This document shows positions 1 through 12,554 of a stretch of 64,000 nt of DNA, one piece after another. The DNA lies in the NCBI RefSeq assembly GCF_006345805.1, contig NC_043008.1, positions 16,182,001-16,246,000 of the forward strand. Direction: 5' to 3'. This DNA comes from Octopus sinensis (Eukaryota). The notes under the pieces were generated by a model that had not been told where the DNA came from, did not search any database, and saw only the letters and a program-made list of their open reading frames with translations. The position numbers were made by a program, and so were the translations under genes. How positions within the stretch are numbered: the stretch's first letter is position 1; each line of letters opens with the position of its first letter.

Positions 1-40
1 CGCAGTCAAATGACTGAAACAAGTAAAAGACTAAAAGAGA
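1..40 (+). mobile_element. 3' end of SINE family A
   Basis: CGCAGTCAAATGACTGAAACAAGTAAAAGA matches the 3' end of the full copies at 32444 and 41240. Confidence 0.85.
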
Positions 41-60
41 GTATATGTATGCATATATAT

Positions 61-175
61 ACTCTCTCCTTGTTTCTTTCTGTGTTCCTTTCTGTGGAAG
101 AGCGTAGGCTCGAAACGTTAAAGACATATACTGATGCATCTGTTTCTTTTCTACACCACCTGTCCCGTCGTATAC
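61..175 (+). mobile_element. Short Penelope-like pLTR-type module with a hammerhead-like motif, flanked by (TA)n
   Basis: Closely similar to 8815-8935; contains CTTT-CTGTGGA-A-GAGC/GTAG/GCTC-GAAAC-GTT-AAAG. Confidence 0.65.
88..123 (+). ncRNA. Minimal type I hammerhead-ribozyme-like motif (A6>U variant)
   Basis: Stem I CTTT/AAAG, core CTGTGGA, stem II GAGC/GCTC with GTAG loop, GAAA, loopless palindromic stem III (AACGTT). Confidence 0.6.
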
Positions 176-227
<52 letters not shown>

Positions 228-604
228 TTGCGTTAGAAATTAATTAGCACTTCTCAAATTTCTACATTAAATAGGTTAAATCAATTAACCTCTGAGCTGT
301 TCAAAACGTCTTACGCGATGAGAAAACTTAGTATGGTGTGATTTCGGTCCTTGCGAGGCGCTACCTATATCTATTAAACAAATGAATTTGTCTGCATCCG
401 CACTCCAAGTTGTTGTTGCACTGCTATGTCAACATCATAAGGCTGTAGACTCTCAAACTCCTCTACAAACAAAGTTACGTCATCGTTCTGCGCAACAGTG
501 AACTCGCAACAAAGCAATAGTTCGAGATATGGCCACTAGGTGACAGCACTTACATTGAGTGAAGAGCAAATCAAGGGTGCTAATTAATTTCTGACGGTAG
601 TGTA

Positions 605-870
605 TGCGTGTCTGTGTGTGTACGTGTCTGTGTGTATTTGCGTTTGTGTGTCTTTGTTTGCTCCCCCAAAAAACATCGCTTGACAAACGATGCTGGTGTG
701 TTTTCGTCCCCGTAACTTAGCGGTTTGGCAAAAGAGACCGATAGAATAAGTACTAGGCCTACAAAGAATAAGTCCTCGGGTCTTTGCTCGACTAAAAGCG
801 CTGCTGCAGCATGGGTACAGTGAAATGACGGAAACAAGTGACAGAGTAAAAAGACTAAAGAGTAAAGAGT
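605..870 (+). mobile_element. SINE family A, 3' half
   Basis: CATCGCTTGACAAACGATGCTGGTG...GAGACCGATAGAATAAGTACTAGG...GAAACAAGT; similar to 32660-32867. Confidence 0.9.
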
Positions 871-1331
871 ATAGTTATTTCTTGTTTTCTAGCTGTCGAC
901 CCAATGCGTTTAGTTAACAAATACAAATTGTTATCGCGCTTTGTCACCGCCAATGAAGCATGTATGGATTTACGTGTCCATGAAATGTTGATTATATCAT
1001 CCATAAAAATTACACAAAGGAGAAAACCGACCAGACACATGGGAAAATAATTACAAATTCTATAAATTTTGTTAAATATGTGGAATAAATCTCATGTGAA
1101 CAGCCCAACCTGTGACGTGTAACAGTGTTCTAGTTTATTTGAAGGATGTTTGTACATTTTCCGTCCAGACAGTTTCAAACACAATAATTAGATCGAGCTG
1201 ATGAAGTGGCAGGAGACACTTGAGAGAGATACGTACCGCATAGTGGTACATATATCGAGACTACGTGATACTAAAATGTAGTTATGTTGCTTGTACACGC
1301 ACACAGGCAATATGCATTATATATGCATATA

Positions 1332-1377
<46 letters not shown>

Positions 1378-1414
1378 TATATATAATATATTATATATAT
1401 ATATATATAGCTAT

Positions 1415-1605
1415 ATTGATAAAAATGGTAAGACAACTAAAGAATGAAAGAAGCCTCGATATTATGTAAATAGAGGAATTTATCTGTAAATGCAATAAGT
1501 GACAATTATTCGGTAGCCATGATAAAACTCCGAGTTTCCACCTCGGCATCTGAAACTCGGAGTTTTATCATGGCTAGCGAATAATTGTCACATACTACAT
1601 TTACA
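1415..1605. mobile_element. Penelope-like terminal fragment with an inverted duplication (hairpin), in (TA)n
   Basis: Arms 1485-1538 and 1552-1605 are near reverse complements; homologous to 14984-15205. Confidence 0.7.
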
Positions 1606-1712
1606 TATATATAGCTATATATATATATATATATTTATATGTACATTTATTTGTATTTATATGTATTTATATGTATATATATATGTGTGTGTGTATATAT
1701 GTATATATATAT

Positions 1713-1749
<37 letters not shown>

Positions 1750-2049
1750 GTATAAATATACATATGTATGTATTTATATGTATATATATGTGAATATATA
1801 TATATATATATATATATACATAAATGTTTTATGTATGTATGTATATGTATATGTATATATACGTATGAATACAGACGTACACACACAATTATATATATTG
1901 CATGTATGGTATATAAAAATGTCTGTATGCCTTTGTATGTGTGTGTGTGTGTCTGTATCTGTGTCTGTGTCAGACCTTCCTAAAACAGGTAGGTTAAATT
2001 AAGTTGAATGTTTTCTGTTTACTATTTTGCAGATTTTTTTTTCTTTCAT

Positions 2050-2560
2050 ATAATCTCTGGCATTTTCTGATGTAAAGGTTTTCATCTTGTGCAACGAATA
2101 AAATATCCTTTCATCACAGGTTCGGGTAACGCCATTATCAGCCAATGCTCTTGTTTCCATCTTATCTCCTTCATTTCGTTCCGTTTTGCCACTTCTATCA
2201 CATATATTTGATTACTTTGCTTTGTTTTTCCATGTCATTTTGTAGCCCAACCTTTAATTTTACTTCTATTTCGTTTACAATTTCTATTGTAGTTTCTTTA
2301 GTATTCCTCATAAGGGCCTGTTTTTTCCATTTATATTGTACAACCTTTCGGCTCCACGAAGTCGAAAAACAGAGCATCTTAAAAAGATATTTATGTCGTT
2401 CTAATGGAGATATTTTATAACTACCCTGTAGAACGTAAACATTATTGTTCTATGTCAGAGTGTAAATAGTGTTGTTCCTTCTGAGCAATTATGTTCATAC
2501 AGAATATCAGATCAATTCCTTCAGTGAATATACAAAGCGTTTCCTACATTCCCTATTTTC
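2050..2560 (-). mobile_element. Highly decayed R4/Dong-like LINE fragment
   Basis: Minus-strand translation includes ILFVAQDENLYIRKCQR, resembling the post-RT xxxAQDQxLxTRNY motif of RLE-type LINEs; many stops and frameshifts. Confidence 0.4.
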
Positions 2561-2594
2561 TTATTGAGCCTTGCTAATGTACCTGGCGTCCAGT

Positions 2595-3006
2595 TACTCT
2601 TTTTACTCTTTTACTTGCTTCAGTCATTTGACTGCGGCCATGCTAGAGCACCGCCTTCAATCGAGAAACTCGACCCCGGGACTTATTCTTTTTCTAAGCC
2701 CAGTACTTATTATATCGGTCAATTTTGCCGAACCGCTAAGTAACGGGGACGTAAACACGCCAGCATTGGTTGTCAAGCAATGCTAGGGGGACAAACACAG
2801 CCACACAAACACACACACACGCATATATATATATACATATATTCAACGGGCTTCTTTCAGTTTCCGTCTACCAAATCCACTCACAAGGCTTTGGTCGGCC
2901 CGAGGCTATAGTAGAAGACACTTGGCCAAGGTGCCACGCAGTGGGACTGAACCCGGAACCATGTGGTTGGTAAACAAGCTACTTACCACACAGCCACTCC
3001 TGCGCC
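2595..3006 (-). mobile_element. SINE family A, full length (tRNA head, CORE-like body, internal microsatellite)
   Basis: Reverse complement of 32444-32867; A box TGGCTGTGTGG and B box GGTTCAGTCCC on the minus strand. Confidence 0.95.
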
Positions 3007-3149
3007 GAGCATAATTTATTCAGTTTTTACTGAAAAAGCAAATGTAATGTCTTATATGTAGCTCTGTATTAAACTAATGCGTCTAATTTATCTCTTCGTA
3101 ATATTTTATGCGTATGTTGCACTGTGGAGAGCAAATGGAGGATGAGGAC

Positions 3150-4200
3150 TGATAATTGTGGTAAAGATGAATTCCAAGTCAATTCTCTCGTTGATACGGT
3201 GTATAGTTTCAGTGCTGATGTCGAACTGAAAAGTTGAGGTGTGTTAGTCTTGAAGGGAAGCAAAACCAAATGTATGGACAAGCTAGCGATACCGTCGGGG
3301 GAGATTATGAAGCAGATAGAAGAGACTAGCTATAAGTACTTGGCGATATTGGAAATGGATAATGTGATGAAGAAAGAAATGACAGAAAATATTATTGTGG
3401 AGTACGTGCGCAGAATGTGACCGATCCTTAAGTCGAAACTAAACCGATAGAATAAGATTGAAGCTATCAACATCTGGGCGACTTCACAACTTACATATAG
3501 AGCAGGGGTTATCGCATGGACAGCAGACGAACAAATCAGCTTAGACAGAAAGAGAAGGAAGACCCTGACCAAGAAAAAGAAAGGGAAGAGGACTGATTGG
3601 AAAGAAACATAGCATTGGAGCAGGAGAAAACACCATAACATACGATGTAAAAATGCCACAGAACCGCTATTATTGGAATTAAGAAGGCCAGGCTTTTTTA
3701 GAATGGAAGATTGCAAAGATAAAGCACTTTACAAGCAGTTGAGAATGAATGAAACTGAAAATAGGTGTATAAACAAAAGAATGCATGGACAATTTCATAG
3801 GAATGTTGAGGAAGAGATGGACAGAGAAAGAATGACAATGGAGGACTCAGTGCAACCATGAGATAGAGAATAGGAAACCGGACATAGTGTTAATTGAGAA
3901 AGAAAGCAAACGATGCTAAAGCCTAGATATAGCATACCCTACTGACAACAAGGTATGCTATAAGGAAGAAAGAAAAGTCGACAGCTACGAAAGGTTAGCT
4001 TGGGAAGTTAAGCAGTTGTGATCGTTGAAAAAAGTGGTGGTAGTACCAATAATTTTAGGAGCCCTGGGAACAGTGAGTAAAATTCTCGAGAAGTACGTGG
4101 AACAAATAGGGGCTACACTATGGGTGGAAAACTTCCAGAAAACAGCACTGGTTGGAACTGCTCGAATATTCTGGATGGTACTCGAATGATAAAGGTTTTT
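3150..4200 (+). mobile_element. R4/Dong-clade non-LTR retrotransposon, 3' part (RT end plus restriction-like endonuclease), pseudogenised
   Basis: Translates across stops/frameshifts to ..VDTVYSFSADV..SYKYLAILEMD..MHGQFHR..NRKPDIVLIEKE..YERLAWEVKQL..VVPIILGALGTV..FQKTALVGTARI; the RKPD and PIILGALG motifs are typical of the RLE domain. Confidence 0.85.
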
Positions 4201-4263
4201 TTACCTTAGTTTACTGGTATTGAAAAGCTGATACCATAGTACATCTAATGAAAGATCTAGAAA

Positions 4264-4430
4264 TTGAAATACAAAACATGCTGCATTTCAAAGCATAAGC
4301 TCTACCTGTTAGTACGGGTGTTTCTAGTATGGTACAGATGCAAATGTCAGAAACATGTTGATAAAATCCCAGGAAAGCCATGTCACACAGAAATCCAAAA
4401 AAGTTTGCAGCGACATGTACATCCCAATTC
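4264..4430 (+). mobile_element. Second decayed RLE-LINE 3' end
   Basis: KHVDKIPGKPCHTEIQK resembles the C-terminal xIPGxxxxxEIQK segment of Dong/R4-like elements. Confidence 0.4.
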
Positions 4431-4852
4431 GTTAAAAAAACAACCCAATATCAGCGTCATTGGTTTGTGTCTTGCTGCAGTACATGAATGTATTTCTGCA
4501 TTGGGTCCCCGGGATTTTCTCCCCAAGCTTTCAATAGCATCTAAACATATGTTTTTCAAAGTATGCATTGTGTGACTCGGCAGGTGATTGTATGAAACAC
4601 GTACATCAAAGGCAAAATATTCATATCGGTGATGATGATGATGATGCTGATAACAACAACATCAATAACAGCAAAAACAACAACACAAAATTACAACAGC
4701 AAAAACTATATTTCAGCGAGAATGGATCAAAGAATGTTACAAATGACAAGAGCGGGCTGGGAACTCACATTCTAAAGAATCTCATGAAATATTGGAGGGC
4801 ATGTTTTTAGAACGCTGTTTCGATTCTGCCAATTCACATAATAATGATGATG

Positions 4853-4854
<2 letters not shown>

Positions 4855-4923
<69 letters not shown>

Positions 4924-4938
4924 TTAATAATAATAATA
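4855..4938. repeat. (AAT)n microsatellite
   Basis: Seen directly. Confidence 0.98.
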
Positions 4939-5999
4939 TGGGATCCTCCCCCTCAAGAAATCTCTTTAAACAATACAAAACTATTACAAACAAATAAGTA
5001 AACATCGAAATTTTAGGATTTCATAAACCAACAAATGGCAGAAAATGAAAAAAATATATATATAATGACATTTCAATAATAAAATATTGCGTGACAAACG
5101 TCACGTTTCATAATAACAATTCTTTTGCAAATACTTTGTCAAACGAGAGTATAAGGAACACAAACCAAATTCATCGTAAGCCAACGTGCTTTGAGAGAAG
5201 AAATATTTATGTAAGAAACGATTTGCTGAGACATCTAAATCACGGCAGCATTGTCTTCAAAAGATGGGTACATCTATCACAAATTACACTACAGGAAGAA
5301 AGTAAGGTGACTAGCTTTACAAGGTTGTGGGATACCTTTAGTTGTTGCATCAAATGACAGTTCTAAGCATGCTTTTGCACACACGTAAAGTGAAATCTCA
5401 CTTAGAGAAGGCACATGGGACAATACGTTTCGTGTGTAACACTGAGAATCCGGGAGAAAGACAATGCACATATCGGAAGTTCATTATTAGTTATGTACGT
5501 TTCGGGGATACGTAGGTGGGTGAGGTCATCATGGCCATACAACATTTTCTCATCCGGAAAGAATACAAATGAACTTAAGAGGCGTGTTCTGTAGAGAATA
5601 TGATTGGATGAACTTCGAAACTCTTTTATAAGGATTCTAAGGACTATTCAATGATGGCAGGAATTTATATTAATATGCTACAATTTATCGCTATGCTACT
5701 GTAGAAGATATATAAAATTTGCCGCAACATCTAATAATTAACCTTACAAATCATCGCGTTTAGTGAGATTTTGACCTCCTTTTTTTACTTCCGTTGTAAG
5801 CAACTTCTGTCTTGCAAACATAATAGACATTCACCATCGGAAAGATCAGTCTTTAGGAAGGAAATTTACCACTCTCAATCATTCAAATCCCGAAACGTTT
5901 ATGCCATCGAACGTTTCGAGGCCTATATCTAAAATAACCTGATGGGAATTCAGAGAAAATTATCATAAAATACCAAATAGTGTGGTTCAAATATATATT

Positions 6000-6033
<34 letters not shown>

Positions 6034-6150
6034 GTGAGAATTTGCCAAAAACAAAACAAAACGAAACAAATGATGAAGACGGGTGTGTAAACAACAGTGA
6101 GAAAAAGGTATAGTGGCTAGCGATATATATATATATATATATATGTGTGT

Positions 6151-6449
6151 GGAGGCGCAATGGCCCAGTGGTTAGGGCAGCGAACTCGCGGTCGTAGGAG
6201 CGCGGTTTCGATTCTTAGACGGGGCGTTGTGAGTGTTTATTGAGCGAAAACACCCACAAAAGTTTCACGAGGCTCCGGCAGGTGGTGGTGATCCCTGCTG
6301 TACTCTTTCACCACACTTTCTCTCACTCTTTCTTCTGTTGGCCTGCTCGCTTAGCCAGCGGGGTGGCGTCATTCGAAGGCTAAAACAACGCGAACGCATT
6401 GTGACCAGCGATGTGTAACAACATCTGATGATCTGGTCGGTCACGTGAT

Positions 6450-6456
<7 letters not shown>
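6151..6456 (+). mobile_element. SINE family B (tRNA-derived head), body type 1, inserted in (TA)n
   Basis: GGAGGCGCAATGGCCCAGTGGTTAGGGCAGCG..GGTTTCGATTC A/B boxes; head shared with 9829, 13468, 12139(-) and 26438(-); ends in TCACGTGATCACGTGA. Confidence 0.9.
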
Positions 6457-6496
<40 letters not shown>

Positions 6497-7310
6497 ACTC
6501 ATCACATAAAATATAAGCTCCACTGAATTGCTACCATTTTCCTCTTTTCTTTTAAGAAAAACAAAACAGTTATAAATGGGTAGAACTTTACTTTACCTAA
6601 GTGATTGTACCTACTACCTGTTTTTCCATAACGAAATAAATCTTGCTTATGTTTACGGTAAAAATAATAGAATTAAAAATATTTTTCCTATCCTATCTTC
6701 ATCTCTTTTGGATATATTAATTTACATTTGTAGTTTCTTAACAATTACACGTAATATGTTTAAAAAGAATCATTCAAGGAACGCTCATTTTTTCCCGGTT
6801 TTGGTTATTATTTGTCCGGTAGAAATGTCTGTTACGAAGGGACCCCAGTTGGTTCTATCACAATATGTGAAAGATATATGAAGATATTCGTTTCGTACAT
6901 AATTTTGATTATGATTGAGGGTGGCTTATTTTATTTCGATGTACTTTAGAATACATGTTCGTATATTTTGGCACGATTCTCACCGGCCGTTTCCTTCAGC
7001 CGTTTGAATAATCGGTGACTTGGGTCACGTAGTAAAGATTATAGAATTTTATCGTTTCTAATGGGTTATAGAAAATCCCACAAATCTTTGAAAGATTTGT
7101 AGATTTTCTATAAATCAGTAGAACACTCACACGCACAGAGCAACAAAACCCTATATACATGTTTAGGAATGTGCATATCTATATGTATGTATGCATGCAT
7201 GAATATACGTATTTATGTGCGTGTGGTATACGTTCGTAACTATTTATAATATATGTGTGAGTATGTATGTCTATATAAATTTATATATATATATATATAT
7301 ATATCTATAT

Positions 7311-7383
<73 letters not shown>

Positions 7384-7984
7384 TTATCTATATGTGTGTA
7401 TATATTTCCTGAATGTTTAATTTTCTAAGTTCTAGCATGACTTCATAGATTTGGCTAGAGTTACTTATTAGGCCAAGTAAACGAAAGCGATGGCGATCTT
7501 GTCAGTTTGAGGTCGTACTTGCATACTGTGATTTACACAAGTTATTCTTTTAGACGTACCGATGCCAATAGTGAAACCAAACTTGTAATTATATTATGAG
7601 ACCATAAGAAACATATGAATATAGCAACATGAATATAACAACAGCATGGACATCTATAGCGATTTATTTTCTGTCATACCAACCTTTATCAATATGAATA
7701 ATAAACTAGGCCTATGTAATTATCCGCATACGGTAGTATGGATTGTGGCCTGAAAGCATTGAGGCTTTCTGAGTTAAAATATTTGAGATGCATGTTAAGG
7801 CTATATGTTTCTACTGAATTAATGTTGCTAAGCAAGCATGATTTTATGTGCGTGTGTATGTCTACGTGTTCACATACTTGTGTTTATAAATACTTCTCAA
7901 TACACGCAGAGGCACATATACACGTACATACATAAATACACACATGTATGTATATATGTATATATGTATATATATATATATTAT

Positions 7985-8028
<44 letters not shown>

Positions 8029-8177
8029 CAAACAAGTATACACATTTATGTATATGCATGTGTGTATCTATGTATGTATGTATGTGTATATATATATGTA
8101 TATATGTATATATATAGATATATATGTTTATATATATATATATAGATATATATATATATATATATATATAGATATAT

Positions 8178-8256
<79 letters not shown>

Positions 8257-8769
8257 TACACTTTAGTGCATACAGGCCTACGTGTGATTCTCTGAATGTG
8301 GGTGTATATATGCGTGTTTGAAGCCGTTGGATTGGAAGGAAACCTCGGAAGAAGCATATTTAATACTACTTAAGTGCTTTAAGGTGCCACTTCTTGCAAC
8401 AAAAGTTACAGTATCTGCTAAATAGAGGAATTCTGTTAATAATTCAGCGAAACCTTCATTTGATTTATTTTTGTTTTCCCAAGTAACATCGTATACGATG
8501 TTGTAAATGAAGACCGAACTTTGAAGTACCTCATTATTGTTTAAATCATAAGTATCGTTTAGTGCAAAATAATCTTATATTTCTTGCACTTTAATTTGTT
8601 TGATAACATTGAAAATATATCACAGATTTGAGACGACATATGTTAACAGTATAAAAAAAAATATTTTAGGATTCACCCTTCAGCCTACTATAACGCAAAA
8701 TTTTATCGTTTATAGTGTGTGTAATAGTTACTAAATATCTCGATTTAAAAAAAAAATATTTAGCTAACG

Positions 8770-8970
8770 CCCTGATAGATCGGTAGCCACTACACACATT
8801 TTTTACTCTCCTAGTTTCTCTCCTTGTTTCTTTCTGTATTCCTTTCTGAGGAAGAGCGTAGGCTCGAAACTTAAAATACCTTTACAATTCATGAGCGTTA
8901 TACTAATACATCAGTTTGTTTTCTACACCACCTGTCTTCGTCTTTTGTTTATTTCGTGAATTCTCTCCTC
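8770..8970 (+). mobile_element. Penelope-like pLTR-type module with hammerhead motif
   Basis: Homologous to 61-175 and, in reverse, to 6035-6122; contains CTGAGGA-A-GAGC/GTAG/GCTC-GAAAC. Confidence 0.65.
8842..8876 (+). ncRNA. Minimal hammerhead-ribozyme-like motif with an intact CUGAnGA/GAAA core
   Basis: CTTT CTGAGGA A GAGC GTAG GCTC GAAAC TTAAAA; stem III differs from the copy at 88-123. Confidence 0.6.
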
Positions 8971-9744
8971 ATAAGATAATATCTTGCACGTTCGTTTTTC
9001 AACAATATCTCCTAAAACATTGTACAATCGGGCAGTTTCAAAGAGTATCTGCTATGCGTGCGAAGTAGATTTCCTATCAGACAACCATGTTTTGGTATGA
9101 AATATATCTTTACAAAAGCATTAAATAATTAGAATTGGCTAGCAGAGATATGAAACATCAATTATATAGAGGAGACATGCTTTTTCTTGCGTTTAATATA
9201 TGGCCCATATAAAGTAGTCAAAATCAAGAGCCACAATGAATTAGAGCCAGTTGTTCGATGATACTACGGTGTACAGATCCTGCACAGTATTCCCTGATAA
9301 ATGCGTTGCTCAATGCATTTATTCCCAGGTTTTAATTCATTGAATATATTTGAATACAAGGTTTACTTTGTACAACTAAACATGTAATTTCAAAAGAGAA
9401 TTATAACAATAATATAATATATCTCACTGGAATAGCACACGACGACTCAATTGTATCAACTAGAATTTTATAATTTGTTCTGTAATATATGCAGGGCCCA
9501 TCCAGATGACCTATCAAAAACAACATTATAAAAAAAGATGTTTTTAACAACAGATCATGAAATTCAACGTATTAGACATAAGAAGGTAGTAACTTAAGGT
9601 AGTAACATAAGAAGGTAGTAACTCATATCTTAATCAAAGAACTATATTTGTGTGTGTGTGTGTGAGACATAGATGAGTGTGTGAGCGCGCGCGCGTGTTC
9701 GTAGATAGACAGATAGATATACATATCGATACGTGTGTGCCCTT

Positions 9745-10212
9745 GTCTTTGTGTTTGTCCTCCACCACCGTTTGATCAGCGGTGTTTGTTTATGTCTCTG
9801 TAAGTTAGCATTTCTGCAACTTTATAGTGGAGGCGAAATGACCCAGTGGTTAAGGCAGCGGACTCGCGGTCGGCGGATTGCAGTCTCGATTCCCAGACCG
9901 GGCGTTGGGTGTGTTTATTGAGGGAAAACACCTAAAAGGTGCACGAGGCCCCGACAGGGGCTGGGGTGGCGACCCATGTTGTATTCACTCGCCACAACTT
10001 TTTCCTACTCTTTCTTCCTGTTTCTTGAGTAACGCTGCGATGGACTGGCGTTCCGTCCAGCTAGGGGGTACACATACACCACAGAAAACGGGAAACCGGG
10101 CCCATGAGCCTGGCGAGATTTTAAAGGGCGCATAAATACATAAAATAAACCCTATGAAATATTGCTCCAGCGTAGCTGCGGTCCAATGACTGAAACAATT
10201 AAACGTAAAAGA
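9745..10212 (+). mobile_element. Old SINE family A 3' half, interrupted by a family B SINE
   Basis: Family A sequence at 9745-9820 resumes at about 10140-10212 (GCTCCAGCGTAGCTGCGGTCCAATGACTGAAAC). Confidence 0.75.
9829..10135 (+). mobile_element. SINE family B, body type 2 (V-domain-like)
   Basis: tRNA head followed by GCGATGGACTGGCGTTCCGTCCAG...GGAAACCGG, resembling the V-SINE central domain. Confidence 0.85.
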
Positions 10213-10887
10213 AATATATATTTGAACATACGAAACGCATTTCAAAACAACTGCTTTACAGTTGTGGGCAATCAAGATATTATTTATTTTATTATATTTG
10301 TCAACTTAAAGTGAATAAAAAAAAAAAGCAAAAACATATCCGTTGAAACAGTAACATTGTATTGACTGTAGTAAAATTGAAGAATTCTGTGCAATGGAGT
10401 GAATGGAAAGAGGTTTAATTTATTCATAGTACGTATTTAATTTAGATGAATTATGGAGAAATACTGCCAAATAAAGAATATAAAAACTCATAAATCTTTT
10501 ATCCATGATTACCTACGCCAAGGCAACATTACTTTAAACAGTTTCACATTCATACTTCTCTAATCATATAGAATTTTTCAAATAGACATAAATAGCGAAT
10601 TGTGGAAATAAACAGGTACGAAAATGCATAAGCACAAGCTTATGCAATCAGAAACACAAATACATACACTCATAAACACACAGACACACACACACACAGG
10701 CCCACGTTGACTGTGAATCGTACACACACACACATACAGACATATACACACACACATATGTATATACGAGTATATGTATGTGAGTTGTGTGTGTACATGC
10801 AAATATATATGAATATATATTCACACATATACATATATACATATATATATATATGTATATATATATATATGTATATATATATGTATA

Positions 10888-10929
<42 letters not shown>

Positions 10930-11006
10930 TATATATATACATATATATGTATGTATATATACATATATCTATATCTATATATATATTATATACATATATA
11001 TGTATG

Positions 11007-11086
<80 letters not shown>

Positions 11087-11592
11087 TATATATATACAGG
11101 AACACACATATCTTTCTACATATACATATATCCTTATGTGTGTGTGTGTGTATAAAAATATACATATATATTATATATGTATGATGGAAGGCATGAATGA
11201 ATGAATGAGATTAAATGTGTATTGTTTATTGTTATTGTCATGAATTTAACATATAAATGGTAATATAGATCTTTAAATATACATACAAATTTAATAATAT
11301 ATATCTGTAGATGCATTTCGATCTAATTTATTGAACATTATAAATACAGAAAATTATGCATCGCCATGTTTATCGCTTGAAACGAATATATTTTCTTATA
11401 TTAATATATGTGTAATATAATCCAAGCGTTTCCTTCCAAGAACATGAAAATGTAACCATGACTGTATGGAAGTGACCCATTTAGTAGTTTCCATTTCTTG
11501 GTGTCATCAACAGAAATATAGCTTCGATAGCACGAAACACATAAATCTGTATTCCGCACCTTTAAATTGGAAAATCTTTTCTAAATTTACAT

Positions 11593-11652
<60 letters not shown>

Positions 11653-11932
11653 AAGTAGAAGTAGTAGTAGTAGTAGTTGTAGTAGTAGAAGTAGAAGTAG
11701 TAGTAGTAGTAGTTGTAGTAGATGTAGCAGCAGCAGTAGTAGCAGCAGCAGCAGTAACAATAGTAGTAGTTGATGCAGTAGTAGTAGTAGTAGTAGTAGA
11801 AGTTTAGTAGTAATAGTTGTTAATAATTATAACAATTACAACAGCGTTGTCGTCGACGACGACGATGACAATGATGATAGTAATGATAATTAGGATGATA
11901 ATGATGAATGATGATGATGATGATGGTGATGG
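11593..11932. repeat. Compound (TAG)n/(CAG)n/(GAT)n trinucleotide array
   Basis: Seen directly. Confidence 0.95.
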
Positions 11933-12138
11933 TGTGCTTTATTTGCCATCAGGGCGACGTATAAGGCGAATAGTTCAAACAAGGACACAAAGTGTTGGCG
12001 TTTACAGAAGTGAAATGATTTTTAAAAAATAGATGAAATATGTACACAGTGTACAATGAAACAAAGAATGAAAAAGAAGGAAAAAAGATTACAGCGATGT
12101 GGTCTTCCGATACAGGAGGACCTCTAGGGATAACTGAG

Positions 12139-12418
12139 TTCCTTCTTTGTTCCTTCTCGAGCCATGCCTGGCTCATAAGGGCCGGTTTCCCGGTTCCCTT
12201 GGCGTAGAGGTTCTCCACCTGGACGGGACGCCAGGAGGAAAGAGTGAGAGAATGTTGTGGCGAAAGAGTCAGAAGAAGTTCACCACTACCTTCTGGTGGA
12301 GCCGCATGGAGCTTAGGTGTTTCGCTCTTAAACACACACATCGCCCAGTCTGAGATTCGAACCCGCGATTACTCGACCGCGAGTCCTCTGCTCTTACCCC
12401 TAGGCCATGTGTCTCCAC
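12139..12418 (-). mobile_element. SINE family B, body type 2, with a 13-bp TSD
   Basis: Reverse complement of 13468-13779 with an internal deletion; AGGGATAACTGAG at 12126-12138 and 12419-12431. Confidence 0.92.
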
Positions 12419-12554
12419 AGGGATAACTGAGGAGTACCATCGTGCAGCATCTGCCCGTACACCAAGGGCAAAGTGCCTGCTTACAAGTCTAAGCTTAAAG
12501 CAGTATCATCTACGCTTTCAATTTTCGCAACATTCACCCACCTTTAAGTAAATT

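Noticed and set aside
1198-1270. CTGATGA-AGTG..CACT hammerhead-like start
   Set aside because: No intact GAAA box or closing stems; too degenerate to call
2422-2434. TACCCTGTAGAAC, matching the 5' end of miR-10 family microRNAs
   Set aside because: Match ends after 13 nt, no precursor hairpin is visible, and it lies in a LINE-like remnant
9576-9623. Repeated AAGGTAGTAAC units, superficially CRISPR-like
   Set aside because: Three short units without unique spacers in eukaryotic DNA; a slippage duplication
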